DNA from: Bacteroidota bacterium
Lineage (GTDB): Bacteria; Bacteroidota; Bacteroidia; Bacteroidales; F082
DNA: 32,000 nucleotides
Assembly (NCBI GenBank): GCA_013203805.1
Contig: JABMPH010000377.1
Span: forward strand, 116-32,115
Reading direction: 5' to 3'
Position 1 is the stretch's first letter, and each line of letters starts with the position of its first letter. Position numbers and translations under genes: made by a program. The notes beneath the pieces are model-generated. The model did not search any database, was not told the DNA's origin, and saw only the letters and a list, made by a program, of their open reading frames with translations. Shown piece after piece: positions 30,673 through 32,000 of this stretch.

Positions 30673-30676
30673 GAGG
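30671..30676 (+). promoter_or_regulatory. Perfect Shine-Dalgarno AGGAGG, 5 nt upstream of the clpP ATG
   Basis: gacTAGGAGGtcaatATG. The motif overlaps the tig stop codon. Confidence 0.4.
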
Positions 30677-30681
30677 TCAAT

Positions 30682-31359
30682 ATGGACAGCAGCAAAGAAT
30701 TCAGAAATTATGCAGTGAAACACAGAGGCATTAGTAGTGTTTCATTGGACAAATATAATTCAGCATACGGTAATTATATTTCACCAACTATTATTGAAGA
30801 ACGTCAGTTAAATATTGCGCAAATGGATGTGTTTTCAAGGCTAATGATGGATAGAATCATTTTTCTTGGAGTACCTATCGATGATTATGTTGCAAATATA
30901 ATTCAGGCTCAATTGCTGTTTCTTGAATCGAATGACGCAAACCGTGACATCCAAATATATTTGAATTCACCAGGTGGCTCGGTATATGCAGGTCTGGGTA
31001 TTTATGATACAATGCAATACATCAATCCTGATGTTGCTACTATTTGCACAGGAATGGCTGCCTCAATGGCTGCTGTAATATTATGTGCAGGAACAACAGG
31101 AAAAAGAACTGCCTTAACTCACTCAAGAATACTTATTCATCAGCCAATGGGTGGTGCTCAAGGACAGGCTTCTGATATTGAAATTACTGCCAGAGAGATT
31201 CAAAAGCTTAAAAAAGAACTTTACGAAATACTTGCTCTTCATTCAAAACAATCATATAAGAAAATCTGGAAGGATTCTGATAGAGACTATTGGATGACCG
31301 CCAAGGAAGCTCTTGATTACGGGATGATTGATGAGATACTTGTAAAGAAGAAAAAATAG
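30682..31359 (+). CDS. clpP: ATP-dependent Clp protease proteolytic subunit
   Basis: 225 aa. [19 protein letters not shown], catalytic Ser context [15 protein letters not shown] (His), and D in DRDYWMTA. Confidence 0.95.
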   Translation: MDSSKEFRNYAVKHRGISSVSLDKYNSAYGNYISPTIIEERQLNIAQMDVFSRLMMDRIIFLGVPIDDYVANIIQAQLLFLESNDANRDIQIYLNSPGGSVYAGLGIYDTMQYINPDVATICTGMAASMAAVILCAGTTGKRTALTHSRILIHQPMGGAQGQASDIEITAREIQKLKKELYEILALHSKQSYKKIWKDSDRDYWMTAKEALDYGMIDEILVKKKK

Positions 31360-31455
31360 ATTCCATAGTTCGATTGTTTGATTGTTTAATGTACTAAGAT
31401 TAAATTCAAAAAATCATTCAACATTCAACATCTAACACTCATAACTTCTACACCT

Positions 31456-32000
31456 ATGGCTAAAAAAAAAGAAAAAGGTCAATGCTCATTTTGTGGGCGA
31501 CCTGAACCTGAGACTTCCATTCTAGTTTCTGGTATTGACTCCCAAATATGTAATTTTTGCATTGAACAAGCGAATCTAATTCTTAAAGAAGAAGTATCGA
31601 CATCCTTTGATATACCTAAGGAACAAGCTACTTTACTTAAGCCAATAGAAATAAAATCATTTCTCGACAAATATGTTATTGGTCAGGAGAATGCTAAAAA
31701 AGTTCTTTCCGTTGCCGTTTATAACCACTATAAGCGTATAGCACAGGAAAATGATGTGAATGATGTTGAGATTGAAAAATCAAATATCATTCTGGTTGGT
31801 GAAACCGGAACAGGCAAAACCCTTTTGGCACAAACAATCTCACGAATGTTACATGTGCCGTTCGCAATTGCAGATGCTACAGTTCTTACCGAAGCCGGTT
31901 ATGTGGGTGAAGATGTTGAAAGTATTCTTACCCGCTTATTACAAGCTGCTGACTATAATGTTGCCGCCGCTGAAAAGGGAATTATATTCATCGATGAAAT
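31456..32000 (+). CDS. clpX: ATP-dependent Clp protease ATP-binding subunit ClpX (5' part; runs off the window)
   Basis: Not in the ORF track because it has no stop in the window. My translation from ATG 31456: [28 protein letters not shown] (C4 zinc finger), [33 protein letters not shown], Walker [35 protein letters not shown] (Walker B). Confidence 0.95.
   Translation, partial: MAKKKEKGQCSFCGRPEPETSILVSGIDSQICNFCIEQANLILKEEVSTSFDIPKEQATLLKPIEIKSFLDKYVIGQENAKKVLSVAVYNHYKRIAQENDVNDVEIEKSNIILVGETGTGKTLLAQTISRMLHVPFAIADATVLTEAGYVGEDVESILTRLLQAADYNVAAAEKGIIFIDE

Noticed and set aside
31372-31430. Short tandem repeats in the clpP-clpX spacer (gattgtttgattgttt at 31372-31387; cattcaacattcaaca at 31415-31430)
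   Set aside because: These are two-unit, low-complexity AT-rich repeats of 6-8 nt, with no dyad symmetry or known operator resemblance. They probably arose by slippage.
31479-31670. Minus-strand 63-aa ORF
   Set aside because: It lies antisense to the unmistakable clpX N-terminal zinc-finger coding region.

Overview
AT-rich chromosomal segment that looks like Bacteroidota. Evidence: T9SS type A and type B C-terminal sorting domains, TAnnTTTG -7 promoter boxes upstream of several genes, a Bacteroidota-style ParE, and a tig-clpP-clpX block. I found no transposase, integrase, CRISPR array, phage gene or recognisable defence system. Layout: (1) 6-3704 (+): aminotransferase, family-2 sulfotransferase and ACSF3/MatB-like acyl-CoA ligase, a possible small tailoring operon. 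(2) 3778-5508 (-): LruC-domain lipoprotein. (3) 5675-14184 (-): a tightly packed gene string in which all three glycoside hydrolases (two GH2, one GH63/YgjK-like) have lost their catalytic cores through internal deletions. An orphan rhaD and a 1012-aa kinase/M23/class-III PLP fusion enzyme in the same string remain intact. (4) 14270-21534: two convergent ~1190-aa T9SS cargo proteins (type A and type B CTD) separated by a perfect 19-bp hairpin. (5) Housekeeping genes: ttcA-like, Kef-type antiporter, parE, a BASS transporter overlapping an acyltransferase by 1 nt, tRNA-Leu(UAG), tig, clpP and a partial clpX. The most interesting items are the fusion enzyme and the pattern of mostly in-frame catalytic-core deletions around it. 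Neither is a demonstrably novel system on sequence alone. All homology statements come from motif recognition by eye, not database searches.
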